Source: Promethearchaeia archaeon | GTDB taxonomy: Archaea > Asgardarchaeota > Lokiarchaeia > Sigyniarchaeales > SOKP01 | Reading direction: 5' to 3' | DNA: 62,833 nucleotides | Assembly (NCBI GenBank): GCA_029856105.1 | Contig: JAHQWH010000009.1 | Coordinates: forward strand, 1-62,833 | Shown: one piece after another, positions 39,807-50,317 of the stretch | How positions within the stretch are numbered: the first letter of the stretch is position 1 | Layout of the letters: each line of letters starts with the position of its first letter | The notes under the pieces: generated by a model | Seen by the model: only the letters and a program-made list of their open reading frames with translations | Told to the model about the DNA's origin: nothing | Databases searched by the model: none | Made by a program: the position numbers and the translations under genes

Positions 39807-40355
39807 TTATTTTATTTTTTTTACTATACTTTTACTAATTGTTGCAAATAATTCCTCAACATTTTCACCGCTTTTTGAAGAACATTCAATATAATCAATA
39901 AAATTATTATCTTTGGCAAATTTAATGGCTTCTTCTTTGGGAACTGTTCTCATTCCCTCAAGATCGAGCTTGCTTCCAACTAGAAGTATAGGTAATTTTT
40001 GATCGTGTATTTCGTTAGCTTCGTTAAAAACAGTTAACCAATCGGTTAGATTTTTAAATGTGATGTATCGAGTTATATCGTACATAAAAATAATTCCGTT
40101 AGCTCCCATAACCGCACCAGGTAAGAGAAACCTAAATTTCTTTTCTCCGGCAAAATCCCAAATTTGTAGAGAGATTTTTTTACCATCAAGTTCAAGTTTT
40201 TTTATATAAAAGTCCATACCAATCGTTAACTGATATGTTTCTTTAAAAACCCCATTAAGAAAGCGGTGAGTCAAGGTAGTTTTTCCTACGCCCCCGTCCC
40301 CGAAGATTGGGACCTTAAATTTTATGGGGTGGGTTTCAGAGCCTGGTTCCTTCAT
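39807..40355 (-). CDS. Rab-like small GTPase
   Basis: GDGGVGKT, TIG, WDFAGE, SKLD, SSKSG. Confidence 0.92.
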   Translation of the reverse strand: MKEPGSETHPIKFKVPIFGDGGVGKTTLTHRFLNGVFKETYQLTIGMDFYIKKLELDGKKISLQIWDFAGEKKFRFLLPGAVMGANGIIFMYDITRYITFKNLTDWLTVFNEANEIHDQKLPILLVGSKLDLEGMRTVPKEEAIKFAKDNNFIDYIECSSKSGENVEELFATISKSIVKKIK

Positions 40356-40532
40356 TTTATCTAATTCAATTTGTTTTATTTTTTAAAATTAAGCAAAAGA
40401 CTAACAACAAAATATATCATTAAGATTATTTGAATGTTTTTCAAAACAAAAATTTATTAATATTTAGTTTATAATGAAACATACGATTTCTCTTAGGATA
40501 TATTAAATATTAAAAACAGTTTCGGTATTTAT

Positions 40533-41951
40533 TTAGTTTTTATTTCTTGATTTTAAAATTTTAGCCCGTTCACTTAGTATAGTCTTAATTTGTTCCTTAT
40601 CTCGGGTATACCAATTACGAGACAATGTCCATAAAACTATACCAGGAATTACAAAAATAGTTATTATTACAGCACTAATCTTATAATCCTGTCCGAAAAT
40701 GGATATAAAAATACCTGCGATTAAAGGCCCCATACCATAGCCTATATTCTCTAAGAATTGATTCCACGAAACAATTTTGCCTTGAGCTTCTGGAAGATTT
40801 ATTTCTTGTAGGATCGGTGGTTGATTAACCATGTATAAAGAAGATATGGCGTCAGAACTTAAAATTAAAACACCCATTACATATGTTAAAGGAAGCGAAA
40901 AGAATAGGACGATGTTTGCTCCTTCTTCAGGCGTTAAAAAAGGCAATGGAACGAAAAACATCAAAACAAATGTAATTGACCCTCCTACTAGAGATAATAT
41001 TATAAAACCAATTCTTCTGGCATCATTTTTCTCTGCTAACTTATCTGACACTCGAGCGAGTAAAATCTGTCCTATAACGCGTCCAATGACTCCAAAAATA
41101 ACGACAAATAATCCTGTTATTAGTGGAGAGAGATTATGTGGAGGCGTTTGTAAATAAGGTAGTATGATCATATCCAAACTTCCCATAAATACATTGGTAA
41201 AGATTCCCTCAATTAAAGCTGCAATATTTGTGCGAGATAGCATAGTACTACGCATCAATTCTTTATCGATCTTAAAATCATATTCAATCGATCGATCTTT
41301 AAGTACATCTCGTAATTCTTTGATTTGTACACCTCTTTTTGGTTCCTTAACATAAAAAAGAAAAATTAAGCCCGAAAGAAGAACCGCAATTCCTATACTT
41401 ATAAAATATAATCTCCAATACCCAAACTGCATTAAAGCACCAGATATTAGAAAACCAAGCATCATAAAGACGGAGCCAAAAATACCAAAATATCCAAAGA
41501 ATTTAGAACGATGTTTTAATGGAACAATATCGTTAGATAAGGAAACTATGGCGGGATAACTTCCTCCGGCAAAGAGTGCAAAAATTAGAACAAATATAAA
41601 AAAATACCACCATGTCAGTATACCTTGACCGGCAATAGCGAACCCGAGCATAATCATGCAAAAACTTCTGGCAATGGATATGATTAATAAGATTTTTACT
41701 CGTGAATACTTATCAATAAGCCTACCAAGGAATAATCCTGACACTGAAGAAGTCCATAGGAGAGTGGTCATTAAAATTCCCATCTCTAACGCGTGATAAT
41801 CTTCTCCTGGCCAAATTAGCGAAGACAGGGGCACCATTAGAATAATTATCCCTGCAAAGGCTATACTATTAAATCCGTTGAGTAAATATACTGGCCAAAT
41901 TAATTTATTGTAAGATTGATGAGAATCGTTTAATTCCATTTCTAACTTCAA
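40533..41951 (-). CDS. MFS transporter
   Basis: GRLIDKYSR motif A, about 12 TM; paralog of the next gene. Confidence 0.9.
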   Translation of the reverse strand: MKLEMELNDSHQSYNKLIWPVYLLNGFNSIAFAGIIILMVPLSSLIWPGEDYHALEMGILMTTLLWTSSVSGLFLGRLIDKYSRVKILLIISIARSFCMIMLGFAIAGQGILTWWYFFIFVLIFALFAGGSYPAIVSLSNDIVPLKHRSKFFGYFGIFGSVFMMLGFLISGALMQFGYWRLYFISIGIAVLLSGLIFLFYVKEPKRGVQIKELRDVLKDRSIEYDFKIDKELMRSTMLSRTNIAALIEGIFTNVFMGSLDMIILPYLQTPPHNLSPLITGLFVVIFGVIGRVIGQILLARVSDKLAEKNDARRIGFIILSLVGGSITFVLMFFVPLPFLTPEEGANIVLFFSLPLTYVMGVLILSSDAISSLYMVNQPPILQEINLPEAQGKIVSWNQFLENIGYGMGPLIAGIFISIFGQDYKISAVIITIFVIPGIVLWTLSRNWYTRDKEQIKTILSERAKILKSRNKN

Positions 41952-42048
41952 TTCTAAATTCTATAAATTCATAATTATATGGAATGGAAAATGAGAATTC
42001 AAATTTTAAATTGATGAAACATTACAACTTTGAGAGTTTTTTATTTTA

Positions 42049-43500
42049 TTAAGGTTTTATTTGATGATCTGAGGGAGTCGCCGCCCCTTCATTTGATTTT
42101 AAAATGTTAGCTCTTCCCTTTAATATTTCTCTTATGTTATAAGCATCAGAAGGAAACCATTTTATCGCAAATCCCCATAATATTACTCCGGGAAGAATGC
42201 ATAGTGCAATTATTAAAATTGTGGATTGAAAATTCATGCTTGTCACAGCTAATAGAATTCCACTTAATAAAGGGCCAACCCCTCTCCCTAAATTTTCCAA
42301 GAACTGATTCCATGAAACTATTTGACCTTGTGCTTCTGGCAAATTAATTTCTTGCAATAATGGACTTTGGTTAACCATATAAAGTGAAAAAATAGATCTT
42401 GATGAGAAGAACATAATACCCATTAACCAAATTATTGGGAGCGTCATTAAGAAAGCAACATCTTTCCCTTGCTCAATATTCAAGTGGGGCCAAGGAATAA
42501 AAAAGAAAAAAATAAAAGTTAATAGACCCCCAATAATTGCTACAATAATAATTGGTATTCGTATAATAGGCCGCTCTTTAGCTAATTTATCGCTTAACCT
42601 TGCTAATAGTAGCTGTCCAATAATTCCTCCCGTTAACCCAAAAGTAATCATAAAAATGCTAGTTGAAAATTCGGAAATATTGTGAGGATCATTTTGGATA
42701 AGGTTAAGAATTAAGAAGTTAATAGAGCCCATTAGAATTTGAGTAAATATTCCTTCAATTAAGGCAACAATATTAGTTTTACTTAACATTGTCTTAAGCA
42801 TAGTCTCCCGATTGATTTTAAAGTCGTAATTGACATCTTTATTTTTAAGAATATGGAACAACTCTTCTTGTTGAGCTCCTCTTTTAGGCTCTTTGTTATG
42901 AATTGCAAAAATTAGGGCACAAATTAAAATACCTAATCCAGTACCCCAAAAATACTGTCTCCACAGCCCGTTCTGCACTAGAAAAGCTCCAATCATAAAA
43001 CCAAAAGTCATAGTAAGAGAGCGAACTATCTCATAAACGCCAAAAAAACGAGAACGAAAAGCTTTAGGGACGATATCGTTAGACAAAGATATTACGGCGG
43101 GCCAGCTTAATCCCGCAAACATCCCAAAAATACTTATAAAAACTAAGAAATATATCCAAGCTGACGAGCCACCGCCCTCCAATGCAAATCCAAGCATTAC
43201 TATCGCAAGCCCCCTAAATATTGATATAATAACGATTATCTTTTTACGAGAGTATTTATCAATTAAGTGTCCAAATACTAATCCTGAAAGCGAAGCAGAC
43301 CATGATAGCACTGCAATTAATATTCCCATTTCTAATGCGTGAGTTGGCTCAGTTGGCCACATAATTCTTGATATTGGTACGATAAGAAAAATAATCCCGC
43401 CCCAGGCAATACTTTGGAACCCATTAAGAAAATAAATAGGCCATAATATGCGATTGTAGCTAATAGAATTTGTTGAGTTATTAGAGTTGATATTTTCCAT
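42049..43500 (-). CDS. MFS transporter
   Basis: GHLIDKYSRK; shared QEINLPEAQG..VSWNQFLEN. Confidence 0.9.
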   Translation of the reverse strand: MENINSNNSTNSISYNRILWPIYFLNGFQSIAWGGIIFLIVPISRIMWPTEPTHALEMGILIAVLSWSASLSGLVFGHLIDKYSRKKIIVIISIFRGLAIVMLGFALEGGGSSAWIYFLVFISIFGMFAGLSWPAVISLSNDIVPKAFRSRFFGVYEIVRSLTMTFGFMIGAFLVQNGLWRQYFWGTGLGILICALIFAIHNKEPKRGAQQEELFHILKNKDVNYDFKINRETMLKTMLSKTNIVALIEGIFTQILMGSINFLILNLIQNDPHNISEFSTSIFMITFGLTGGIIGQLLLARLSDKLAKERPIIRIPIIIVAIIGGLLTFIFFFFIPWPHLNIEQGKDVAFLMTLPIIWLMGIMFFSSRSIFSLYMVNQSPLLQEINLPEAQGQIVSWNQFLENLGRGVGPLLSGILLAVTSMNFQSTILIIALCILPGVILWGFAIKWFPSDAYNIREILKGRANILKSNEGAATPSDHQIKP

Positions 43501-43597
43501 AAGAACTGAGTTTTTATAATAATATCCCTTATATGGGTTCTAAAATGAGCTTTCTCATATTAAAGTAATGAAATAAAAAATCCAAAATTTTAATTTT

Positions 43598-44791
43598 TTA
43601 ATTAGTTTTAATTTTGTTTTTAAAAAGTAGATATATAACTAAACTTAGCAGCGATAATAGGGATAAAAAGAAAAATGCTAAGTTTGCATCTACCGCAGCA
43701 ATAAAACCACAAAGTATTGGCGCAAAAAAGAATCCAATTCCAATCGCAGTTTCAAAATATATGCTGTATTTTGAAGTGTTATTCGCTATATTCCGAAATA
43801 CTATTAATTTGAAAGCAAGGGTATAGTAAAAAGAATTAAATATTCCAAACGCACAAAAGAGAATTGCAAAAATGAATAAGTTTTGATTTATTCCCATTAA
43901 GAAAAGGGAAAATACGATAAGTAAATTAGATATAGGAATCATTTTTTTGGTGGTTTTTATTTTAAAGTCCATAGATTTTGAAATTGAAATCGTTTGAGTA
44001 CTCATTCTTAAAAAGAAAAATAGATAGTTAGTAAAGAGAGCGAAATTTAGTATTTCAGATTTAATCGGATAAATTAATCCCATACCTCCAATTAAAAAAC
44101 CATAGATTCCAATCATTAATAGTGGTAGAAATATAGGAAAAGAAATGTGTTCTCTTTGAGGAACTACTTTTATTCCCCCGTCAATTGGAACGATAATCTC
44201 TTTGTCGAAACTTTGAGATGGTTCTTGAATAATTAAAGCCATACTAAAGCCGATAATTGCAATAAATAACGCAAATAAAAACATAATCTGAATATTATCA
44301 ATATAAAACAAAATAAGGAAACCTAAAGCGTAGCTAAAAATTCCTCCAAAATTCCAAGCTAAACTATACTTTTTCATTAATTTATCCTTTAAGGAGTTAT
44401 TTTTACGATATTCTTCTGAATTTGATATCGCCGAAAGTGCTCCCATTAAAACTGGCCAAAACAATCCTAAAAATGTTCCATCTAATATTAACAAGAAATA
44501 AATTAACAATGGATCTTTTGAGAACTGTAAGATTACTTGAACAAATAAGAAGCCCAATGATGATATAATAATCGTAGGTTTTACGCCAAGCTTTTTCTGT
44601 ACATTTCTAAAGATTAAAGGCGAAAATAAGTATGCCATGGCAGTTCCAGAAGTAATGAATCCAATTATTTCTGGATTTAAACCTATCTCAATTAAATAAA
44701 GTGGAATAGCTAAACCAATCGCCACGCCTGTTGCTACACGCGTAAATGCTAAAAAGAATATTGGAAACACTCTGTAATTATCTGTTTTCAT
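43598..44791 (-). CDS. MFS transporter
   Basis: About 12 TM, MFS-like loops. Confidence 0.8.
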   Translation of the reverse strand: MKTDNYRVFPIFFLAFTRVATGVAIGLAIPLYLIEIGLNPEIIGFITSGTAMAYLFSPLIFRNVQKKLGVKPTIIISSLGFLFVQVILQFSKDPLLIYFLLILDGTFLGLFWPVLMGALSAISNSEEYRKNNSLKDKLMKKYSLAWNFGGIFSYALGFLILFYIDNIQIMFLFALFIAIIGFSMALIIQEPSQSFDKEIIVPIDGGIKVVPQREHISFPIFLPLLMIGIYGFLIGGMGLIYPIKSEILNFALFTNYLFFFLRMSTQTISISKSMDFKIKTTKKMIPISNLLIVFSLFLMGINQNLFIFAILFCAFGIFNSFYYTLAFKLIVFRNIANNTSKYSIYFETAIGIGFFFAPILCGFIAAVDANLAFFFLSLLSLLSLVIYLLFKNKIKTN

Positions 44792-45018
44792 TATATTAAT
44801 AAGAAGAACTTGTTAACGATAATAAGGAAAGCGAAATCTTGAACTTAAAGTTTATTAAAATAGCTAAAACATGAAGAATATATCTTTTACATAAGTTTCA
44901 GAGAAATTGTTAATGACTTTCGGTTTTTAAAAGTAAATAGAAAAAAATAACGATAATTCAAATCAAAAATTTAACGCATTCGTGAAAGAAAAAGAAAAAG
45001 AAATTTTTATTTAAATGC

Positions 45019-45438
45019 TTAGTCACTTTCTAAAAAGCTTTGCATTTCGGTTAACTTTATTAAAAATTTTGGATTTTTCATTTTGATTTTGCGAGCTACA
45101 ACTTTCTTTATGATATCGCTTTGCGACAGTTTTCCATCGCCAATCTCTTCAAATAACGCTTTCGTCGTTTTCATCATTCCATTCCAACCAAGTTTTTCCT
45201 CTGTTAAGTCTTTCTTATCTTTGTTTTCAATTCCCTCAATGGAAACTGTTCCTTTGTTAACAGTTATTAAAGCGGCATACTGACCATCTTTTGGATTTAA
45301 TAAAATCTTAAAGGTTTCGTCAGCGAATTTCTCTTTAAATTTATCAATTGAATTTAAGGGGTTATAAAGATTAAAAACGCCCTCCGGATATGTTCCTTCT
45401 TTAATCTTACCAAGTTTACTTTCTGACATATTTGTCAA
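45019..45438 (-). CDS. SCP2 (sterol carrier)-like lipid-binding protein
   Basis: ALITVNKGTVSI, IGDGKLS...VVARKIKMKN pattern. Confidence 0.6.
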   Translation of the reverse strand: MTNMSESKLGKIKEGTYPEGVFNLYNPLNSIDKFKEKFADETFKILLNPKDGQYAALITVNKGTVSIEGIENKDKKDLTEEKLGWNGMMKTTKALFEEIGDGKLSQSDIIKKVVARKIKMKNPKFLIKLTEMQSFLESD

Positions 45439-45564
45439 TTCTCTTTCTGTAATTTTTATCGATATTTAAAGTTATATCAACTCTATGAAATATAAATGTT
45501 TTATTGTCCTAAAAAAAAGAAAGTTACTTTATCTTAATAAGAAGTAAGAATATTAGTTTTTATA

Positions 45565-45687
45565 TCACTTGAGTTTGGGCTTTCTTTTTAGAAATAATTT
45601 TTTATAAATCTTATTTGTTAGTGGAATAGTTTGAAGAAAATCAGCGTGACGATACTTATCCCCTTGAAGTTTAATCTGCTCTTGCAT
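45565..45687 (-). CDS. Small basic protein, 40 aa (MQEQIKLQGDKYRHADFLQTIPLTNKIYKKLFLKRKPKLK)
   Basis: Manual translation; GAGGT SD 7 nt upstream of the ATG. Confidence 0.5.
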   Translation of the reverse strand: MQEQIKLQGDKYRHADFLQTIPLTNKIYKKLFLKRKPKLK

Positions 45688-46004
45688 ACTAAATACCTCA
45701 ACATTATATATATTTCATAGTTTAACATATAAAGTTCGCATATTAAAGAATTAATATTAGAAAGAAATGTTAGAAATTACAGAAAATAAATACTCGTTAA
45801 TTCTAAATTCGTAAATTTTTTTCGTTAAATTTTCATCAAATTACATGCAATTTATTATTAAATAAAGCATCTAAATAATGCCTAATTAATACAAATAAAA
45901 AATTAAATGATTCAAAAAATTTTTAAACAAATATATGTTTAAGTAAACTTAATAATTCATCTAAATAAAAAGTTATTAAAATTTTTGCCCTTTTTTAATA
46001 AATA

Positions 46005-46787
46005 ATGCTTGCTGACAATCAATTAATTAAACGGCTTCAAAATGGAACGATTCGTGGAATAATCCTCGATTTTGATGGTACTATCCTCGATATCAGAAAA
46101 ACGCTTAAGGACGCAATAGAAGAAATATACGAGGAAAAACACATTTCAGCTGACATTGATAGCACAATACAAGAAATAGGGGCTCTAATGGAGACTATTC
46201 AAGGACTTCCGCTTCCAAAAATCGTATTGGAGTCTTTTAATTTGTTTAAATACATAGAATCGCTCCAACCACTAACATATTTAAAAAAATTACGAATAGC
46301 AACGAAAATTTTCACGCGTTATCTAGAGTACGCGAAAGACGCTTCTTTTTATCCAGAAGCAACGGAATTTATTAATAAATATAAAAAAACTTACGATTTA
46401 TTTATTGTCTCTCACAACCAGACTAAGAATATAATTCCTCACTTGGAAGAAAAAAAGGTAAAAAGCTTTTTTAAAGGAATTTTTGGAGCAGATCTTCTTC
46501 CCGCTCTAAAACCCGACCCAAACGCGTTAAACCCTGTTTTTGAAAGTTATAAATCCTGCAAGTTAAAGGAATTTGTAATGATTGGAGATATGCCTTCAGA
46601 TATTGAAGCAGGTAGAGAAGCTGGAGTTTGGACTATTGGTGTTGCGAGCGGAGTAAGTAAAAGAGAAATGTTGGCAGAATTTAACCCAAGCTTATTGATT
46701 GACTCGTTAGATGAATTAATTAAAATAATTGAAAATAAAGATTTATCAAATTCAAGTACTCAAAAAAAGATTGAGATAAAATCCTAG
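46005..46787 (+). CDS. HAD-family phosphatase
   Basis: DFDGT, VSH, KPDP, IGDMPSD. Confidence 0.92.
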   Translation: MLADNQLIKRLQNGTIRGIILDFDGTILDIRKTLKDAIEEIYEEKHISADIDSTIQEIGALMETIQGLPLPKIVLESFNLFKYIESLQPLTYLKKLRIATKIFTRYLEYAKDASFYPEATEFINKYKKTYDLFIVSHNQTKNIIPHLEEKKVKSFFKGIFGADLLPALKPDPNALNPVFESYKSCKLKEFVMIGDMPSDIEAGREAGVWTIGVASGVSKREMLAEFNPSLLIDSLDELIKIIENKDLSNSSTQKKIEIKS

Positions 46788-46791
46788 GAGG

Positions 46792-48477
46792 ATGAAATTA
46801 ATGGTGCTTAAAGAGGAATATAAAACTTCAGCAGATACAAGTATTATAAAAACTACTGAAGAAAAAGAAAAGGAAGATTTAGAGTTCAAGAAACGACACC
46901 AAAACTCGATGTATAACATTTTAAAATATAATCCAATCGATCCATTAAACGACCTCTATCGCCAAGCTATTGACCGATTGAACATTGGAGAAATAGAGGG
47001 AAAACTCCAATGGTGGGCGGCATATGTTTATATAAAGTTTTTTGCCCGAATACTCTGGAATTTTAAAGCAGAATATCCTTTAGGCAATTTATTTCCGGAT
47101 TATGGGGCAGGCATTCTTGTAGGAAGCCACGAGTCTCATTTGGACCCATTCTTCTACGGTGCTGCTTGTCAAAGAAGAATCCATTACATGAGTAAATTGG
47201 ATAATTTTAAAACTCCTTTAGTAAAAACGCTTTTTACAAATTTAGGAGCTTTCAAAATAGATCGTGAATACCCCGAACAGGGTTGGAACACCGCCAAAGA
47301 GATCCTCAGAAGCGGAGACTGGGTAGGAATTTTTCCTGAAGGTACGAGGTCTAGGGCAGAGAATGATTGGGAACTAGGAGAATTTAAAACGGGGGCAGTT
47401 CGACTCGCGATTGAAATGGGTGTGCCGATTGTTCCAATGGCAGTGATTGGGTCTAGAAACGCGTTACCAAAAGGTAATTTGGTCATGAAACCAACTCAAG
47501 TCAAAGTACGCGTAGGTGATCCGATTTACTACGATAAGTATAATATTGACGATGTTTCTTACGAAGAAATTAAGAGGCTAACAAATGAATTAAGACAGAA
47601 TGTTCTTGATTTAAGAGAATACGTCATTGTGGACACAAGAAAAAAGAAAAAGGAAGAAGAACTATCGATTGGTTCCCCTGAAGATGCTGAAAAACCCAAA
47701 AAGTCAAATTCATTTATGAGATATTTAAAAGATGTAGGAATGGGAACGCTACAACTTGCTGACGACCTCTGGTACTCCTTCATAAAATCGTTAGAAGTAT
47801 TAGGATTACGCGAACATTTTGCATCACCATCGCAAGCTATCTATGGGTGGGCAGTCCATAATTTAGGCAACTTAATGATACCATATAAAGCAATTGACTT
47901 TGAAAAATATATTCCTGATACCGGGGCAGCAATTTTTTGTACCAACCACAATTCTGAGTGGGACGTAATTATGACTGCGACTTGTATGACGTACCATAAA
48001 AAACGAATTCTTTACCAAATGGCGAAACAGGGTTTGTTTAAATTCCCAATCGTTAACGCTTGGGTTAGAACCCACCATGCGTTTCCACTAAAAAGGGGGC
48101 AACACGATGTCGATTCATATAATTACGCTAAGTATCTCCTTGATAACGGAGAATTGGTTATGATGTACCCCGAAGGAACGACCAATCCCGGGGGTGGTGA
48201 ACTCCTAGAGGGCCACACAGGTGCTATGCGATTAGCTATTGAAAAGCAGGTACCCATCTTATTAGTAGGAATTACAGGTACAGAAAATACATACCCAAAA
48301 CACGCTAAGATGTTAAACTTCTATAGAGGGTCTATATTAAAAGCAGGACCCCCATTCATGGAACATAAAAAACATTGGGGCAAACCAATGCCAGATTACG
48401 CCGAATTAAAGCGTTTAACAGATAATATGATGGCTCAAATTAAAGATTTGCTTTTATACGATAGCCCAGATGCCTAA
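46792..48477 (+). CDS. Tandem two-domain PlsC-type lysophospholipid acyltransferase
   Basis: Two HxxxxD (SHESHLD, NHNSEWD) and two PEGT motifs. Confidence 0.92.
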   Translation: MKLMVLKEEYKTSADTSIIKTTEEKEKEDLEFKKRHQNSMYNILKYNPIDPLNDLYRQAIDRLNIGEIEGKLQWWAAYVYIKFFARILWNFKAEYPLGNLFPDYGAGILVGSHESHLDPFFYGAACQRRIHYMSKLDNFKTPLVKTLFTNLGAFKIDREYPEQGWNTAKEILRSGDWVGIFPEGTRSRAENDWELGEFKTGAVRLAIEMGVPIVPMAVIGSRNALPKGNLVMKPTQVKVRVGDPIYYDKYNIDDVSYEEIKRLTNELRQNVLDLREYVIVDTRKKKKEEELSIGSPEDAEKPKKSNSFMRYLKDVGMGTLQLADDLWYSFIKSLEVLGLREHFASPSQAIYGWAVHNLGNLMIPYKAIDFEKYIPDTGAAIFCTNHNSEWDVIMTATCMTYHKKRILYQMAKQGLFKFPIVNAWVRTHHAFPLKRGQHDVDSYNYAKYLLDNGELVMMYPEGTTNPGGGELLEGHTGAMRLAIEKQVPILLVGITGTENTYPKHAKMLNFYRGSILKAGPPFMEHKKHWGKPMPDYAELKRLTDNMMAQIKDLLLYDSPDA

Positions 48478-48489
48478 ACGAGAATAAAA

Positions 48490-49566
48490 GTGGAACAAAT
48501 GGAAGCGCCTCTACAAACAGATAAGAAACGGATCAAAGTAGGGATACCAAGAGCACTTCATTTTTATAGATATTTTCCGTTTTGGAAAAAATTACTGGAA
48601 GAACTAAACGCTGAAATCATTATAAGTCCTCTTACAAACAAGAAAATCGTCGAAGAGGGCGTAACACACGGATTTGGGGAATTGTGTATTCCAGTCAAGA
48701 TATATTACGGTCAACTCTTAAAGTTGGTAAGAGATAATCCTGATTTAGACTTCATTTTTGTACCTAGGTATGTTTCGGAAGTAAAAGATTCGTACTTTTG
48801 CCCTAAATTTATTTCTTTACCAGACGTAATTAAAATTTTACCTGACATTCCAAAAATTTTAAATTTTGAAGTAAACGTTAAAGAGTTTCCAATATCGACA
48901 GCCGCTATTGAACTTGGAAAGCAACTAGGAAAAAGTCAAAGCAAAGCTTTAAATGCTTATAAAGAAGCTCAAAAATATTTCGACGAATATCACGACTTTC
49001 TTAGAGAGGGCGCCTCAGTTAACCACGCTTTAAGGTTAGTCGAAAGAAATCGCCCTTTTACCTTACCAAAAAGAAAAAGCCAAGGAGATATACGATTTTT
49101 GCTATTAGGGCATAGTTATAACATATTTGATACTTTTATTAACCTCGATTTTCAAAAAAAATTGATAGACCAAGGAGTTAATCACATTACCATCGAAAAT
49201 CTACCAGAATCTATTTTCGAGAAGCCCGTTATAGTGAACCCAAGAGGGGCAAAATTACAAAATTATTGGAGACACGAAGAGGAAATTATGCAAGCTATTC
49301 GATATTTCCTTACGAAAGGACGCGACGAAATAGATGGCGTAATTTTCTTAATCAGCTTCGCGTGCGGACCAGATAGCCTTATCTCTGAACTGATCATGAG
49401 AGACATGAAAGTCGTAGGACTTCCCTTTTTGGAGATCATAATGGACGAACACAGCGGTGAAGCCGGATTGCTCACAAGAGTAGAAAGTTTTGTCGAAATG
49501 ATCCGAAGAAAGAAAAAGGGATTGACAGTCGGGAAAAGAGATAAATTAACGATTAAATCTGCTTAA
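48490..49566 (+). CDS. CoA-activase-associated (DUF2229-type) subunit, 2-hydroxyacyl-CoA dehydratase / PlsA-like
   Basis: KVGIPRAL, LCIPVKIYYG, FCPKF, GHSYN, SFACGPD, DEHSGEAGLLTRVESF. Confidence 0.85.
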   Translation: MEQMEAPLQTDKKRIKVGIPRALHFYRYFPFWKKLLEELNAEIIISPLTNKKIVEEGVTHGFGELCIPVKIYYGQLLKLVRDNPDLDFIFVPRYVSEVKDSYFCPKFISLPDVIKILPDIPKILNFEVNVKEFPISTAAIELGKQLGKSQSKALNAYKEAQKYFDEYHDFLREGASVNHALRLVERNRPFTLPKRKSQGDIRFLLLGHSYNIFDTFINLDFQKKLIDQGVNHITIENLPESIFEKPVIVNPRGAKLQNYWRHEEEIMQAIRYFLTKGRDEIDGVIFLISFACGPDSLISELIMRDMKVVGLPFLEIIMDEHSGEAGLLTRVESFVEMIRRKKKGLTVGKRDKLTIKSA

Positions 49567-49658
49567 TAAAAAAACCATTGACTACTTTTTATAAGTCATT
49601 TTTAAAAATTCAAACGGAAAATATATTAAAATTAAAATATTTCATATGGGGTGATTTT

Positions 49659-49814
49659 TTGAGTAAACGAGGGAGAATGGGAGGATCTAAAGCTGCAGGA
49701 CCCGGTGGTAGTTGCAAGTGTCCTAAATGTGGCAAAACTATGAAACATCAAGTGGGCATACCTTGCTCCCAGCAAAATTGTCCAAAATGTGGCACTAAAA
49801 TGGTTAGAAAATAG
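49659..49814 (+). CDS. Small Cys-rich metal-binding protein, 51 aa
   Basis: GGGGTGA SD before TTG at 49659; GPGGSCKCPKCG...PC...CPKCG. Confidence 0.75.
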   Translation: MSKRGRMGGSKAAGPGGSCKCPKCGKTMKHQVGIPCSQQNCPKCGTKMVRK

Positions 49815-50088
49815 GTAGACATTTGTAAGGCTTCAAAATATAAATATTCTCCATTTTTTTTATGTTCATTTTGGAAAATAACATAATAACTTAATTCATA
49901 AAGATTAATTTTTTTATTGTGATAAGATAGGTTAATTGATATTTATTTTTTAATTATTAATTTTACTCAGTTTTTTTATTAAAATTATCATACAATTGAT
50001 AATCTATTTGTATTGGGTAATTTTTTAACTTGGGTAATTTTTTATTTAATCAAGATACTGACTATTAACTTGAGGATTTTTCCAAGAA

Positions 50089-50206
50089 ATGATAATTTCT
50101 TTTCCCCAATATGGGCCCCAAAACTCTATTTACAAGCCTTGGTCTAGATGTAGTTATTCCAGATCCAACGAATCGAGAAGCGATTAAGATTGGGATAAAA
50201 CAATCC
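50089..50206 (+). pseudogene. Degenerate 5' fragment of the 59450 dehydratase-like gene
   Basis: CTATTTACAAGCCTTGGTCTAGATG and TTCCAGATCCAACGAATCGAGAAGCGAT are identical to 59500-59560; carries a +1 frameshift and a 15-nt deletion. Confidence 0.85.
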
Positions 50207-50207
50207 T

Positions 50208-50291
50208 CGAATAGAATCCTTCACTGAAATGATTAAGCGCAAGAAGAGAATGCAAGCTGGAAAAAAGAAAGCGAAAAGAGGCGTGCAATAA
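50208..50291 (+). pseudogene. 3' remnant of another DUF2229-type subunit gene (RIESFTEMIKRKKRMQAGKKKAKRGVQ*)
   Basis: Matches the C-terminal RVESFVEMIRRKK of 48490-49566. Confidence 0.75.
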
Positions 50292-50317
50292 TCGTTTCGT
50301 GCAATAATCCCAACCCT

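Noticed and set aside
49578-49658. N-terminal extension of the Cys-rich ORF in the track
   Set aside because: AT-rich intergenic-like sequence; the SD supports a start at 49659.
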